The translations under genes were made by a program, and so were the position numbers. A stretch of DNA of 25,983 bases from an uncultured Candidatus Saccharibacteria bacterium. GTDB lineage: Bacteria > Patescibacteriota > Minisyncoccia > Minisyncoccales > RBG-13-42-11. The stretch's first letter is position 1. Every line of letters starts with the position of its first letter. Positions 1 to 9,620 of the stretch are shown in pieces. Below the pieces are notes generated by a model. That model was not told the origin of the DNA. It saw nothing but the letters and a program-made list of their open reading frames with translations, and made no database searches. The DNA lies in assembly GCA_964501545.1 (NCBI GenBank), contig CAZCSH010000003.1:1-25983 (forward strand), in the 5' to 3' direction.

Positions 1-35
1 AAGTTTTAGAGAAGAAGTTAAAAGAATAAACGATA

Positions 36-1304
36 ATGTTTCAAAAAACCACTCTCAAAAATGGTCTTCGCATTATTACTGTTCCCCAAAAGGGCACTCA
101 GGCAGTGACTGTTTTGGTTTTAGTGGGAACGGGGTCAAAAAATGAGACCGAAGCAATAAATGGCATCTCTCACTTTTTGGAGCACATGATGTTCAAAGGG
201 ACTAAGAAGCGGCCTTCCCCAATTGAGATAGCTGAAACCTTGGATAAGGTTGGAGGTTTGTACAATGCTTTTACCAGTCAGGACTACACGGGCTACTTTG
301 CCAAAGTAGAAGCTTCTCAGTTTGAATTAGCCTTTGACTGGGTTTCTGACATTTTCTTGAACAGTCTTTTGCCAGAGAAAGAGATTAAAAAAGAGAAAGG
401 GGTAATTGTTGAGGAGATTAACATGATTTATGACCACCCGATGAGCTATATTGGGGAGGTCTTGTGGCCAAAGCTCCTTTACGGGGACCAGCCAGCCGGC
501 TGGGATGTAGCTGGCACGAAAGAAAGCGTTAGCGCCATTAGTAAAAAGACTTTGTTAGATTATAGAAGAAAGCAATATGTGCCAGGAAACACTATTTTAT
601 CTGTGGCAGGTAATGTTGACCAAAAGAAAGTAATAAGGCTGGCTAGAAAATATTTCGCTAAGGTTAAAAAAGGCGTTGCCCAGGCCAAACCCAAAGTAAT
701 TGAGAGCCAAGAGAGACCAGAAGTTATTTTGGAAGAAAGGAAAACAGACCAATCCCATATCTGTTTTGGGGTTAGGGCTTACAACATCTTTCATCCTCAA
801 AGATATGTTCAAGATGTTTTGGCAGTCATTCTTGGAGGGATGATGAGCTCTCGTTTATTTGTTGAAATAAGAGAAAAAATGGGTTTAGCCTACTATATTA
901 ATACTGAAGTTGATAGTAATCCAGAAACAGGATTCCTTCTGACGCGGGCTGGGGTAGATAATATGAGAGTGGGAAAAGCAATTTCTGCTATTTTGAAACA
1001 ATATAAGATAATTTCTCAAAGAAAAGTTTCTGGTTTAGAATTAAAGAAAGCTAAAGACAATCTCAAAGGGAAGCTGGCTTTATTGTTTGAGCCGTCTGAT
1101 GCCAGAGCTTCTTTTTACGCCAGCCAAGAATTGCTTGAAAAAAGAATCAAGACCCTAAAGGAGGTTTTGGCAGAAATTGATAAAGTTTCTCCAGATGATA
1201 TTCTAAAAGTAGGAAAAGATATTTTTAAGCCAGAAAAGCTGAACTTGGCTTTAATTGGGCCGTTCAAAGAGAAAACAAGGTTTGAAAAGATATTAAGGGT
1301 TTAG
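36..1304 (+). CDS. M16 (pitrilysin/insulinase) family zinc peptidase
   Basis: 422 aa. Inverted zincin motif HFLEHMMFKGT, NAFTS motif, downstream Glu (IVEEINM), and C-terminal M16_C features SSRLFVEIREKMGLAYY. Confidence 0.92.
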   Translation: MFQKTTLKNGLRIITVPQKGTQAVTVLVLVGTGSKNETEAINGISHFLEHMMFKGTKKRPSPIEIAETLDKVGGLYNAFTSQDYTGYFAKVEASQFELAFDWVSDIFLNSLLPEKEIKKEKGVIVEEINMIYDHPMSYIGEVLWPKLLYGDQPAGWDVAGTKESVSAISKKTLLDYRRKQYVPGNTILSVAGNVDQKKVIRLARKYFAKVKKGVAQAKPKVIESQERPEVILEERKTDQSHICFGVRAYNIFHPQRYVQDVLAVILGGMMSSRLFVEIREKMGLAYYINTEVDSNPETGFLLTRAGVDNMRVGKAISAILKQYKIISQRKVSGLELKKAKDNLKGKLALLFEPSDARASFYASQELLEKRIKTLKEVLAEIDKVSPDDILKVGKDIFKPEKLNLALIGPFKEKTRFEKILRV

Positions 1305-1336
1305 GCGATGAATCTTTAGATTCATCTTTATCTTCG
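1304..1336 (-). repeat. Hairpin repeat family A, partial copy (minus strand)
   Basis: Minus strand reads CGAAGATAAAGATGAATCTAAAGATTCATCGCC, with stem GATGAATC/GATTCATC. Matches the copies at 6231, 7093, 21505 and 23605 but lacks the CYGAGY head. Confidence 0.7.
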
Positions 1337-1376
1337 TTTTCACATATATTAATTAATATCAAAGAATGAAAACTCG

Positions 1377-2405
1377 ATGAATGGAGACAGAGTTTTAGAC
1401 ATTTCTTGGAGCACAATATTGAAGGTTTCTTTTGCTTTGCTTTGTTTCTACATTATTTATCTGGTCAGAGATATTTTAGTTTGGTTTATTTTTGCTTTAA
1501 TCATTTCCATCTTGTTTAATCCTGGAGTAACTTTCTTGCAGAGGCTAAGGGTTCCGAGGGTATTGGCCGTTATTTTCATTTATGTTGCTATTTTTGGTCT
1601 TCTGGGAATCTTGATTTATGCTACCGCCCCCATGTTTGTTAATGAGATTAGGCAGTTTTCTCAACTTTTCCCTCAGTATTTTGGAAAGATAGCTCCTCCT
1701 TTGCGGGGCCTGGGAGTAGAAGCTTTTGAAAGCATGGAAAGCTTTACTCAGGCTTTGGGAGAGACGCTCCAGAGAGCTTCTTCTGACATTTTTAATGCTT
1801 TGGCTATCTTTTTTGGCGGAATAGGTTCAACCATCTTTGTTTTAGCTATTGCCCTTTTCCTTTCTTTGGAAGAAAAGGGAGTAGAAAGAGTTATTGCTCT
1901 TCTTTCTCCTAAAAGATATGAATCCTATATTCTTTCCCTCTGGATCAGGTCTCAGACCAGAGTAGCAGGCTGGTTTGGCAGTAGGATTTTAACTTGTTTT
2001 CTTGTTGGTTTGGCAGTCTTCATCACCTTGAGGCTCTTTAACGTAAACTACGCTTTTTCTTTGGCTCTTTTAGCCGGTGTCTTTGATTTTGTTCCTGTTT
2101 TGGGCCCGATAATTGTCGGAGCCATAGCTTTTGTTTTTGTGGCTTTGGACTCTTGGTTAAAAGCCTTCTTTGTTCTAATAGCCTTTATTCTCATCCAACA
2201 GATAGAGGGAAACATTCTTTCTCCTATTTTAACTAAGAGATTTGTTGGTATTCCTCCAGTCTTGGTTTTAATATCTCTGGCTCTAGGAGCCAAACTCCTT
2301 GGCATTTTAGGAGCTGTTTTGGCGATACCTCTGGCTGGCATCTTGTTTGAGTTCTTGCGAGACTTTTTACAAAAGAGAAAGCAAGAGAAAGCGGTGGTTT
2401 TATAA
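1377..2405 (+). CDS. AI-2E (PerM/UPF0118) family membrane transporter
   Basis: 342 aa, multi-TM. Family motifs FDFVPVLGP, QQIEGNILSP and GAVLAIPL. Confidence 0.88.
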   Translation: MNGDRVLDISWSTILKVSFALLCFYIIYLVRDILVWFIFALIISILFNPGVTFLQRLRVPRVLAVIFIYVAIFGLLGILIYATAPMFVNEIRQFSQLFPQYFGKIAPPLRGLGVEAFESMESFTQALGETLQRASSDIFNALAIFFGGIGSTIFVLAIALFLSLEEKGVERVIALLSPKRYESYILSLWIRSQTRVAGWFGSRILTCFLVGLAVFITLRLFNVNYAFSLALLAGVFDFVPVLGPIIVGAIAFVFVALDSWLKAFFVLIAFILIQQIEGNILSPILTKRFVGIPPVLVLISLALGAKLLGILGAVLAIPLAGILFEFLRDFLQKRKQEKAVVL

Positions 2406-3079
2406 TGAGTCTTTTTATTGTATCTACCCCAATTGGTAATCTCCACGACCTCAGCCTCCGAGCATCAGACACCTTAAAGGAGGTTGATTTAATTTTGGCA
2501 GAGGATACCAGAGTGACCCAGAGATTATTAGACCGCTATAAAATAAAAACGCCTCTTCTTTCTTACCACCAACACAGCAGGTTAAAGAAAATAGATTATA
2601 TTTTAGGATTGTTGAGAGAAGGGAAAGATTTAGCTTTGGTTTCTGATGCCGGCACTCCTGGCATTTCTGACCCAGGAGGCTTCTTAATTGAGAAGGTGGT
2701 TGAGACCTTTGGTTCTCAAATCAAGATAGTGCCTATACCGGGGCCTTCAGCCTTGATAACAGCTGCCAGTATTTCAGGCTTCCCAATGGACGAATTTCTC
2801 TTTTTAGGTTTCCCGCCCGTTAAGAAAAAAAGAAAGAGGTTCCTTGAAGAAGTAGTTAATTCAAAGCGCCCTGTTATTTTTTATGAGTCTCCCTATAGAA
2901 TAATTAAAACCCTAACTGAATTGAGCGAAACTAAGCCCGGCTTAGTTTTAGTGGTCTGCCGGGAATTAACTAAGATGTTTGAGACGGTTTATCGGGGAAA
3001 GATTGAGGAAGTAATAGAAAAGATCAAAAAAGATAAAATTAAAGGAGAATTTGTAGTAGTAGTTGGGAGCCAAAAGTAA
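2405..3079 (+). CDS. rsmI: 16S rRNA (cytidine1402-2'-O)-methyltransferase
   Basis: Motifs VSTPIGNLHDLSLRA, AEDTR, LVSDAGTPGISDPG, FYESPYR and RELTKMFE. TAATG overlap with the previous gene. Confidence 0.96.
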   Translation: MSLFIVSTPIGNLHDLSLRASDTLKEVDLILAEDTRVTQRLLDRYKIKTPLLSYHQHSRLKKIDYILGLLREGKDLALVSDAGTPGISDPGGFLIEKVVETFGSQIKIVPIPGPSALITAASISGFPMDEFLFLGFPPVKKKRKRFLEEVVNSKRPVIFYESPYRIIKTLTELSETKPGLVLVVCRELTKMFETVYRGKIEEVIEKIKKDKIKGEFVVVVGSQK

Positions 3080-3101
3080 GCTTTAATTTAGCTAAAAGAT
3101 G

Positions 3102-3129
3102 TGTTAAAATAAAGGAGTTTAACTCCTTT
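3102..3129 (+). promoter_or_regulatory. Extended -10 (TGtTAAAAT) upstream of metG, followed by palindrome AAAGGAGTT-T-AACTCCTTT
   Basis: TG-N-TAAAAT at 3102-3110. 9-bp perfect inverted repeat at 3111-3119/3121-3129, which could be an operator or a terminator. Confidence 0.45.
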
Positions 3130-3135
3130 TTATTT

Positions 3136-4578
3136 ATGCCAAAGAAAAAGTTTTACATCACAAGCAGTATAGCTTATACTAATGCCTTTCCCCACATAGG
3201 TTTTGCTTTGGAAGTGATTCAGGCAGATGTTTTAGCGCGCTATCACCGAATTTTGGGTGAGAAAGTGTTTTTTTTAACAGGGACAGATGAGAATGGTTTG
3301 AAAAATGCTCAAGCTGCAAAAAAAGTAGGTAAAACTCCCCAAGAGTTTGTTGATGATATAGCCGCAAAATTTAAAGATTTAACAAAAACACTTGATTTGT
3401 CAAATGACGATTTTATTAGAACCACTGATCAAAAACGGCATTGGCCAACCGTTCAGAAAGTTTGGCTTAAGTTAAAAGATAATGGCGATGTTTACAAAAA
3501 GAAGTACAAGGGTTTTTATTGTGTGGGATGCGAGGCCTTTATTAAAGAAAAAGACTTAGTTGATGGAAAATGCCCCAACCACCAAAAGAAGCCAGAACTG
3601 ATAGAAGAAGAGAATTATTTTTTCCGACTTTCAAAATACCAAAAAGAGATTGAAGAAATAATTAAAAAAGAAAAGATAAAGATATTTCCTGAAGCTAGAA
3701 AAAATGAGATTTTAAGCTTTATTACAAAAAGAATAGAAGATATCAGCTGTTCTCGGTCAAAAGAGAATTTACAATGGGGCGTGCCAGTGCCTGACGATGA
3801 CAGTCAAATTATTTACATCTGGCTGGAGGCTTTAATTAACTATATTTCAGCTCTAAATTATGCGGAGAATGGGACTAACTTCCAGAAGTTTTGGCCAGCC
3901 GATGTTCATTGTGTGGGCAAAGATATATTTCGCTTTCATATTTTACTTTGGCCAGCCCTCCTTCTATCATTAAAACTGCCCTTGCCAAAAACCATTTTAG
4001 TTCACGGATTTATCACCTTTGGGGACCAGAAGATGTCAAAAAGCTTGGGTAATGTGGTAGACCCCTTTGAGCTGGTTGAAAAATACGGAGTTGATGCTGT
4101 TCGTTATTTTCTTTTAAGAGAACTACCTTCTACAGAGGATGGGGACTTTACCTATGAGAAGTTTGAGGATAGATATAATGCAGATTTGGCTAAAGGCCTT
4201 GGCAATCTTGTTGCTCGAGTAATAACGCTTGCCTCCAGAGCTTCGGTTAAACCGAGTTTAACCGAAGCTAAACTCGGTTTAGTTATTAAAAAAACAAAGA
4301 AAAAATACAAGGAAGCTTTAAATGATTTCAAGTTTAGTGAAGCCTTGGTCCCAATTTGGGAGCTGATTAGTTTTTGTGATAAATACATTGAGAGAGAAAA
4401 ACCCTGGTCCTTCGGCTCAGCTCAGGATAAAGAGAAACAAAAAGGGGTAATTGGCAATTTATTATTTGCCTTAGTAGAAATAGCTGGGCTCTTAAAACCC
4501 TTTTTGCCAGAAACTTCAGAAAAAATATTAAAACAAATAAAAAGTATAAAAAGTAAACCTTTATTCCCAAGAGTTTAA
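3136..4578 (+). CDS. metG: Methionine--tRNA ligase (short form, no C-terminal tRNA-binding domain)
   Basis: HIGH variant PHIGF, LTGTDENG, Zn knuckle CVGCE...CPNH, GKDI, KMSKSLGN and VRYFLLRE. Confidence 0.96.
   Translation: MPKKKFYITSSIAYTNAFPHIGFALEVIQADVLARYHRILGEKVFFLTGTDENGLKNAQAAKKVGKTPQEFVDDIAAKFKDLTKTLDLSNDDFIRTTDQKRHWPTVQKVWLKLKDNGDVYKKKYKGFYCVGCEAFIKEKDLVDGKCPNHQKKPELIEEENYFFRLSKYQKEIEEIIKKEKIKIFPEARKNEILSFITKRIEDISCSRSKENLQWGVPVPDDDSQIIYIWLEALINYISALNYAENGTNFQKFWPADVHCVGKDIFRFHILLWPALLLSLKLPLPKTILVHGFITFGDQKMSKSLGNVVDPFELVEKYGVDAVRYFLLRELPSTEDGDFTYEKFEDRYNADLAKGLGNLVARVITLASRASVKPSLTEAKLGLVIKKTKKKYKEALNDFKFSEALVPIWELISFCDKYIEREKPWSFGSAQDKEKQKGVIGNLLFALVEIAGLLKPFLPETSEKILKQIKSIKSKPLFPRV
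4239..4281. repeat. Interlocked double palindrome (family C) in frame in metG
   Basis: AGCTTCGGTTA (4239-4249) pairs with TAACCGAAGCT (4259-4269). TAAACCGAGTTTA (4248-4260) pairs with TAAACTCGGTTTA (4269-4281). The same 13-mer occurs at 13706-13718. Confidence 0.8.
4409..4431 (-). repeat. REP-like repeat family B in frame in metG (SFGSAQD)
   Basis: Minus strand reads TTTATCCTGAGCTGAGCCGAAGG. It shares the CTGAGC..CGAA core with the copy at 4877 and with family A. Confidence 0.6.
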
Positions 4579-5438
4579 TGTTAATAGACAGCCACGCTCA
4601 TTTGAATTTTGCAGCTTACAAGAAAGATGTTGATGAGGTAATTCAACGTTGTTTGGATAATGATGTCTGGATGATAAATGTTGGCACTAATTATCAAACC
4701 AGCAAAAAAGCGGTGGAGATTACTCAAGAATTTCCCCAAGGAGTTTTTGCCGCTGTCGGCCTTCACCCGATTCATTTAGAAACCGGATTGGTGAAAATAA
4801 AAAATGATACCGAAGAAATTGAGATTAAAACAAGAGAAGAAGAATTTGATTATGAAAAATATAAAGAATTGGCCAGTTCGACAGGCTCAGGGCAAGCTGA
4901 ATCAAAAGTAGTGGCAATTGGCGAAATTGGTTTGGATTATTATTGGCGACCCAAAACCTCTAAAAAGAAAGAGCTCTTTAAGCAAAAACAGAAAGATCTG
5001 CTTTTAAAACAATTAAATTTAGCCAAAGAGTTAAACTTACCAGTAATTTTTCACTGTCGAATGGCTCATCAAGATTTGATTAGAATTCTTTTAGAAAATT
5101 CAGAAATTTTACCCAAAAAAGCAGTGGCTCATGGTTTTGTAGGGAACCTAGAAGAACTCCAAAAATATCTAGACTTCGGGTTTTTTATTGGGTTTAACGG
5201 AATAATTTTCAAATCCATTGAGGGAATTGATTTTGAAAAAAATATTAAAGAAACTCCTTTAGATAAAATTTTAATTGAAACTGACTCCCCTTATTTAACC
5301 CCACCTCCAAAATCAGGGAGAAACGAACCTCTTTATGTTAAATACGTGGCAGAGAGACTTGCCAAAATAAAGAAAATTAGCTATGAAGAGGTATCTAAAA
5401 TAACCACAGAAAATGCCAAAAAACTATTCAAAATCTAA
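4578..5438 (+). CDS. tatD: TatD family deoxyribonuclease
   Basis: Motifs LIDSHAHL, GLHP, AIGEIGLDYY, IFHCR and ETDSPYL. Confidence 0.95.
   Translation: MLIDSHAHLNFAAYKKDVDEVIQRCLDNDVWMINVGTNYQTSKKAVEITQEFPQGVFAAVGLHPIHLETGLVKIKNDTEEIEIKTREEEFDYEKYKELASSTGSGQAESKVVAIGEIGLDYYWRPKTSKKKELFKQKQKDLLLKQLNLAKELNLPVIFHCRMAHQDLIRILLENSEILPKKAVAHGFVGNLEELQKYLDFGFFIGFNGIIFKSIEGIDFEKNIKETPLDKILIETDSPYLTPPPKSGRNEPLYVKYVAERLAKIKKISYEEVSKITTENAKKLFKI
4877..4897 (-). repeat. REP-like repeat family B in frame in tatD (STGSGQA)
   Basis: Minus strand reads GCTTGCCCTGAGCCTGTCGAA. It adds about 7 residues just before the conserved VVAIGE motif. Confidence 0.6.
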
Positions 5439-6213
5439 TCCTAGAATAGCTATTATTGGTGGAAGCGGATTTTATGATCCTGGCATTTTTAAGAAAGAGA
5501 GAGAAGTTAAGCTAAGAACTCCCTTTGGTTATCCTTCTGCTCCCATTGAAATAGGGAAGTTTTTGGGGAAGAGAGTTGCTTTTCTGGCCAGACACGGCAA
5601 GCGACATCAATTTCCTCCTCACCGGGTTCCTCAAAAAGCCAATCTTTGGGCTTTGAAGAAATTAGGAATAGAAAGAATCATTGGCATTTGTGCGGTAGGC
5701 TCTCTGAAGAAAAACTTCAAACCAGGAGACATTGTCATTTGCGACCAATTTATTGATTTCACTAAAAAAAGAGATTACACGTTTTATAATAAAGGGGCGG
5801 TTCATGTTTCTTTAGCTGACCCTTTTTGCCCGGAGTTAAGAAATTTATTTTCTAGGGAAGCAAAAAAGAAAGAAATCCCGGTGCATCCGACAGGAACCTA
5901 TTTTTGCATTGAGGGCCCTAGGTTTTCTACTCGGGCTGAATCAAGATTTTTTAAGAATTTCGCTGACATTATTGGTATGACCTTAGTGCCGGAAGTGATA
6001 TTGGCTAGGGAAGCTGAAATGTGTTATTTGTCCTTGGCCATGATTACTGATTTTGATGTTTGGCAGGAAAATCCAGTTTCGGCCAAAGAAGTAAAAACAA
6101 TAATGGCTCAAAACACAAAGAAGATCTCTCAACTCTTAAAAGAGACTATTCCCAAAATACCAGAGAAAAGAAAATGTTCGTGCAAAGAAGTTTTGAAAAA
6201 TGCCAAACTCTAA
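5413..6213 (+). CDS. mtnP: S-methyl-5'-thioadenosine phosphorylase (MTAP/PNP family 2)
   Basis: Motifs IIGGSG, FLARHG, AVGSL, EGPRFSTRAES, GMTLVPE and TDFD. Confidence 0.9.
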   Translation: MPKNYSKSNPRIAIIGGSGFYDPGIFKKEREVKLRTPFGYPSAPIEIGKFLGKRVAFLARHGKRHQFPPHRVPQKANLWALKKLGIERIIGICAVGSLKKNFKPGDIVICDQFIDFTKKRDYTFYNKGAVHVSLADPFCPELRNLFSREAKKKEIPVHPTGTYFCIEGPRFSTRAESRFFKNFADIIGMTLVPEVILAREAEMCYLSLAMITDFDVWQENPVSAKEVKTIMAQNTKKISQLLKETIPKIPEKRKCSCKEVLKNAKL

Positions 6214-8731
6214 TTACAATTCTCAAACACCCGAGCGAGGCGAAGCCGAGCGAAGGGTGAAGATGAAGGCAAACTTCGGAGAAGGCAAACTTCATCGCCA
6301 AATAGAGCCCAAATGGCAGAAATACTGGGAAGAGAATAGTTTTTTTCAGGCTGAAGATTTCTCAAAGAAGAAAAAGCTCTACATTTTAATTGAATTTCCC
6401 TATCCTTCGGGAGATGGTCTTCACGTTGGTCACGTGAGATCTTATTCTGCCTTGGATGCAGTGGCCAGAAAAAAAAGGATGGAGGGATTTAATGTTTTAT
6501 ATCCTATTGGCTGGGATGCTTTCGGCCTCCCAACAGAAAACTATGCCATTCGAACCGGTATTCACCCTCAGCTAGCCACTGAGAAAAACATAGAGACTTT
6601 TAAAAGGCAATTAAAGAGCTTGGGTCTTTCTTTTGATTGGTCAAGGGAGGTTAATACAACCAATCCTAGATACTACAAATGGACCCAATGGATATTCTTG
6701 AAGCTCTTTGAAAAAGGTCTGGCCTATCAAGCTGAAATCCCCGTTAACTGGTGCCCTTCTTGCAAAATAGGTTTGGCGAACGAAGAAGTACTAGGAGGTG
6801 CTTGTGAAAGATGTGGGACGCCAGTTGAGAAAAAGGTTTTAAAACAATGGATGTTAAAGATTACAAAGTATGCTGACAGACTTCTGGAAGACTTGGGAAA
6901 AGTTAATTATTTAGACAAGATTAAAGCTCAGCAAGTTAACTGGATAGGCAAGAGCTGTGGAACAGAAGTGGATTTTCAGGTTGAAGGCTCAAAAGAGAAA
7001 ATATCTGTCTTTACCACTAGAATTGATACTCTTTTTGGGACAACTGCTGTGGTTTTAGCTCCGGAGCATCCTTTAGCCGAAACATTAATTACCCGAGCCA
7101 CAGCGAAGGGTGAAGAAGAAGATTTATCTTCTTCGACTACTAAAGATAACAAAGAAAAAGTAGAAAAATACATTAGAGAAGCCAAAAGAAAAAGTGATTT
7201 TGAGAGGGAGAAATTAGAGAAAGAAAAAACAGGAGTTTTCACGGGCTCCTATTGTCTAAATCCTGGAAATCAAGAAAAGGTTCCTATCTGGATTGGAGAT
7301 TATGTGCTGGCTTCTTACGGAGGAGGGGCAGTAATGGTGGTTCCTGCTCACGATCATAGAGACTATGACTTTGCCAAAAAGTATGGTTTGGAAATCAGAA
7401 AGGTTGTAGCTGGAGGAGACATTAAAAAAGATCCCTTTGTTGATTATGGAAAGCTAGTTAATTCCGGAGAGTTTAATGGCTTATCTTCCAAAGAAGCGAT
7501 TGAAAAGATCACCAAGTGGCTGGAGAAGAAGAAACTGGGGAAAGAGATGGTTCAGTATAAATTGAGAGACTGGGTTTTTTCCCGCCAGCACTATTGGGGA
7601 GAGCCCATTCCTATTATCCACTGTTCAAAGTGTGGTCTGGTGCCAGTGCCAGAAAAAGACTTACCAGTTAAACTTCCCTACGTAGAGAAATACCAGCCCA
7701 CAGGTACAGGAGAATCACCTCTGGCCGCTGTTTCTGATTGGGTCAATGTTAAATGCCCAAAATGTAAGGGTGGGGCAAAGAGAGAAACAGATACTATGCC
7801 AAACTGGGCAGGGTCTAACTGGTATTTTATGAGATACTGCGATCCTGGAAATAATAAAGAGCTGGCAGATAAAAAGAAGTTAAAATATTGGCTGCCGGTT
7901 GATTGGTACAATGGCGGCATGGAACACACCACCTTGCACTTATTGTACTCCAGGTTTATTTACAAGTTCCTTTATGACATTAAAGTAGCTCCTGCCCCAG
8001 AGCCCTACCAAAAAAGAACTTCCCACGGTATGGTTTTGGCAGAGGACGGCAGGAAAATGTCAAAGTCCTTTGGCAACGTCATAAATCCAGATGATATTGT
8101 GGCTGAATATGGAGCTGATACCTTGAGGATTTATGAGATGTTTATGGGTCCCTTTGGCCAGGCTATTTCTTGGAGTGCTCAGGGAGTCAAGGGCGTGTAT
8201 CGCTTTTTGGAAAAAGTTTGGCACTTGGTCAAGACGGCTGAAGGGAAAACGAGTTCTAATGTTGCAAGAGCTTTGCACAAGTTAAATAAAAAAGTGGCGG
8301 AAGACATAGAGACTACAAAATTCAATACGGCTGTCGCAGCTTTCATGGAGTTTGTTAATTTAGCTTTGGAAGATACCAGCCAGGTAGGCAAGGACACGAT
8401 TGAAAGGTTTCTTTTATTGTTAGCTCCTTTTGCTCCCCATTTAACAGAGGAGCTTTGGCAGGGATTGGGCCACCAAGAAAGCATCTTTCTGGAAAAGTGG
8501 CCAAAGCATGACCCCAAACTGACAAAAGCAGAGATGATTACTTTGGTTATTCAAGTCAATGGCAAGGTTCGAGACAAAATTGAGGTGGCAGTTGGTATTT
8601 CAGAAGAAAAAGCAAAAAAGCTTGCAATTTCTCAAAAAAAGATACAAAATTGGATAGCTGGCAAAGAAGTTAAAAAGGTAATCTTTGTGCCAGAGAAGTT
8701 AATCAATATTGTTATGTCTAATGAAATTTAA
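6200..8731 (+). CDS. leuS: Leucine--tRNA ligase with two in-frame repeat insertions
   Basis: Motifs FPYPSGDGLHVGH, GWDAFGLP, CP1 editing domain (GGGAVMVVPAHD), RDWVFSRQHYWG and KMSKSFGN. Start 6200 is preferred because YN..IEPKWQ is split by the 6231-6299 insert. Confidence 0.97.
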   Translation: MPNSNYNSQTPERGEAERRVKMKANFGEGKLHRQIEPKWQKYWEENSFFQAEDFSKKKKLYILIEFPYPSGDGLHVGHVRSYSALDAVARKKRMEGFNVLYPIGWDAFGLPTENYAIRTGIHPQLATEKNIETFKRQLKSLGLSFDWSREVNTTNPRYYKWTQWIFLKLFEKGLAYQAEIPVNWCPSCKIGLANEEVLGGACERCGTPVEKKVLKQWMLKITKYADRLLEDLGKVNYLDKIKAQQVNWIGKSCGTEVDFQVEGSKEKISVFTTRIDTLFGTTAVVLAPEHPLAETLITRATAKGEEEDLSSSTTKDNKEKVEKYIREAKRKSDFEREKLEKEKTGVFTGSYCLNPGNQEKVPIWIGDYVLASYGGGAVMVVPAHDHRDYDFAKKYGLEIRKVVAGGDIKKDPFVDYGKLVNSGEFNGLSSKEAIEKITKWLEKKKLGKEMVQYKLRDWVFSRQHYWGEPIPIIHCSKCGLVPVPEKDLPVKLPYVEKYQPTGTGESPLAAVSDWVNVKCPKCKGGAKRETDTMPNWAGSNWYFMRYCDPGNNKELADKKKLKYWLPVDWYNGGMEHTTLHLLYSRFIYKFLYDIKVAPAPEPYQKRTSHGMVLAEDGRKMSKSFGNVINPDDIVAEYGADTLRIYEMFMGPFGQAISWSAQGVKGVYRFLEKVWHLVKTAEGKTSSNVARALHKLNKKVAEDIETTKFNTAVAAFMEFVNLALEDTSQVGKDTIERFLLLLAPFAPHLTEELWQGLGHQESIFLEKWPKHDPKLTKAEMITLVIQVNGKVRDKIEVAVGISEEKAKKLAISQKKIQNWIAGKEVKKVIFVPEKLINIVMSNEI
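6231..6299 (+). repeat. Hairpin repeat family A, in frame (69 nt) in the leuS N-terminus
   Basis: CCGAGC...GCGAAGGGTGAAGATGAAG-loop-CTTCATCGCC. Encodes PERGEAERRVKMKANFGEGKLHR. Confidence 0.8.
7093..7137 (+). repeat. Hairpin repeat family A, in frame in the leuS editing domain
   Basis: CCGAGCCACAGCGAAGGGTGAAGAAGAAGATTTATCTTCTTCGAC, flanked by TAC (7090-7092 and 7138-7140). The net 48 nt encodes RATAKGEEEDLSSSTT. Confidence 0.82.
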
Positions 8732-9620
8732 AGAGATATTTATAAAAAGATATTTCCGAATGGCGGACAGAATGGGTCAATTGATAAAATCCAAAGCGGT
8801 TAAAGAAAATTTATCAAGTTCTCGGATAGCGTCTTTAACCGGAGTCAGCGAGAGTTATGCTGAACATTTTGTTAGGAACGACCGTAATTTTAGAGAAGAT
8901 CAGCTCCAAAAGATATTGCCATTGTTTGGCGTCATCTTTCCTTCTGGAAGTTTCTTTCCTGTTAATACGACTCAGGGAAATTTTATAAGCTTGCCCAATA
9001 TAAGTTCGCCAGAACTGATGCAGATTATTGGTTATTTTTTAGGCGATGGAAATTTGCAGAAAAGATCAATAAGGTTTAAGGACTCAGACAAAGAAGTGCT
9101 TAATGTTTATCAACGACTGATTAGAAAAACCTTTAATATTGAAGGAAGGGTTGTCCCGCAGAAAGGGACCATAGCTTATCTCCTCGAAGTGAACAGCCTT
9201 TATTTAAGAAAATGGTTCCAAGAAAATATAGTTTCCAGAAAAAAAGAGTTTTTAGAAGAAGTAAATCAACTCCCTCAGAAAAAGTTGACTGCCTTTCTCC
9301 GGGGCCTTTTTGATGCCGAAGGATTTGTCGCAATTCAATCAAGGCAAATAAGGCTTGGGATAACCAATAGAGAAATAGGGGAAATCCTTCCAGCTCTCAT
9401 TTCTAAACTCGGGATACCATTAACTTCTCACCTGATAAAACGAAGGGAGCCCAACTGGAAAGACGTTTATCTTATTTCCTTGAATAATTACGCATCCTTT
9501 GATAAGTTTTCTAAATATATAGGATTTTCTTCAAAAGAAAAAAATAAAAGGCTTGAGTTTCTTATCGAGAGGAAGCCTAAAATAAAGTTAATGAATAAAT
9601 TTAATTTATGTGTGGGATAA
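8721..9620 (+). CDS. Free-standing HTH + double-LAGLIDADG (DOD/intein-type) endonuclease-like protein
   Basis: Motifs ELMQIIGYFLGDG and FLRGLFDAEG, with an N-terminal HTH-like segment (SSSRIASLTGVSESYAEHF). No Hint motifs. Start is uncertain (8721/8760/8772). Overlaps the leuS end and the glmS start. Confidence 0.85.
   Translation: MKFKEIFIKRYFRMADRMGQLIKSKAVKENLSSSRIASLTGVSESYAEHFVRNDRNFREDQLQKILPLFGVIFPSGSFFPVNTTQGNFISLPNISSPELMQIIGYFLGDGNLQKRSIRFKDSDKEVLNVYQRLIRKTFNIEGRVVPQKGTIAYLLEVNSLYLRKWFQENIVSRKKEFLEEVNQLPQKKLTAFLRGLFDAEGFVAIQSRQIRLGITNREIGEILPALISKLGIPLTSHLIKRREPNWKDVYLISLNNYASFDKFSKYIGFSSKEKNKRLEFLIERKPKIKLMNKFNLCVG

Noticed and set aside
1-29. Possible 3' end of an upstream CDS (VLEKKLKE*)
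   Set aside because: Too short to support.
2405-5438. rsmI-metG-tatD gene order
   Set aside because: A known conserved neighbourhood (as in Bacillus subtilis), so it is not novel.
8709-9620. An intein or intron within leuS or glmS
   Set aside because: Both genes are complete and uninterrupted. The ORF is in a different frame and has no splicing motifs.
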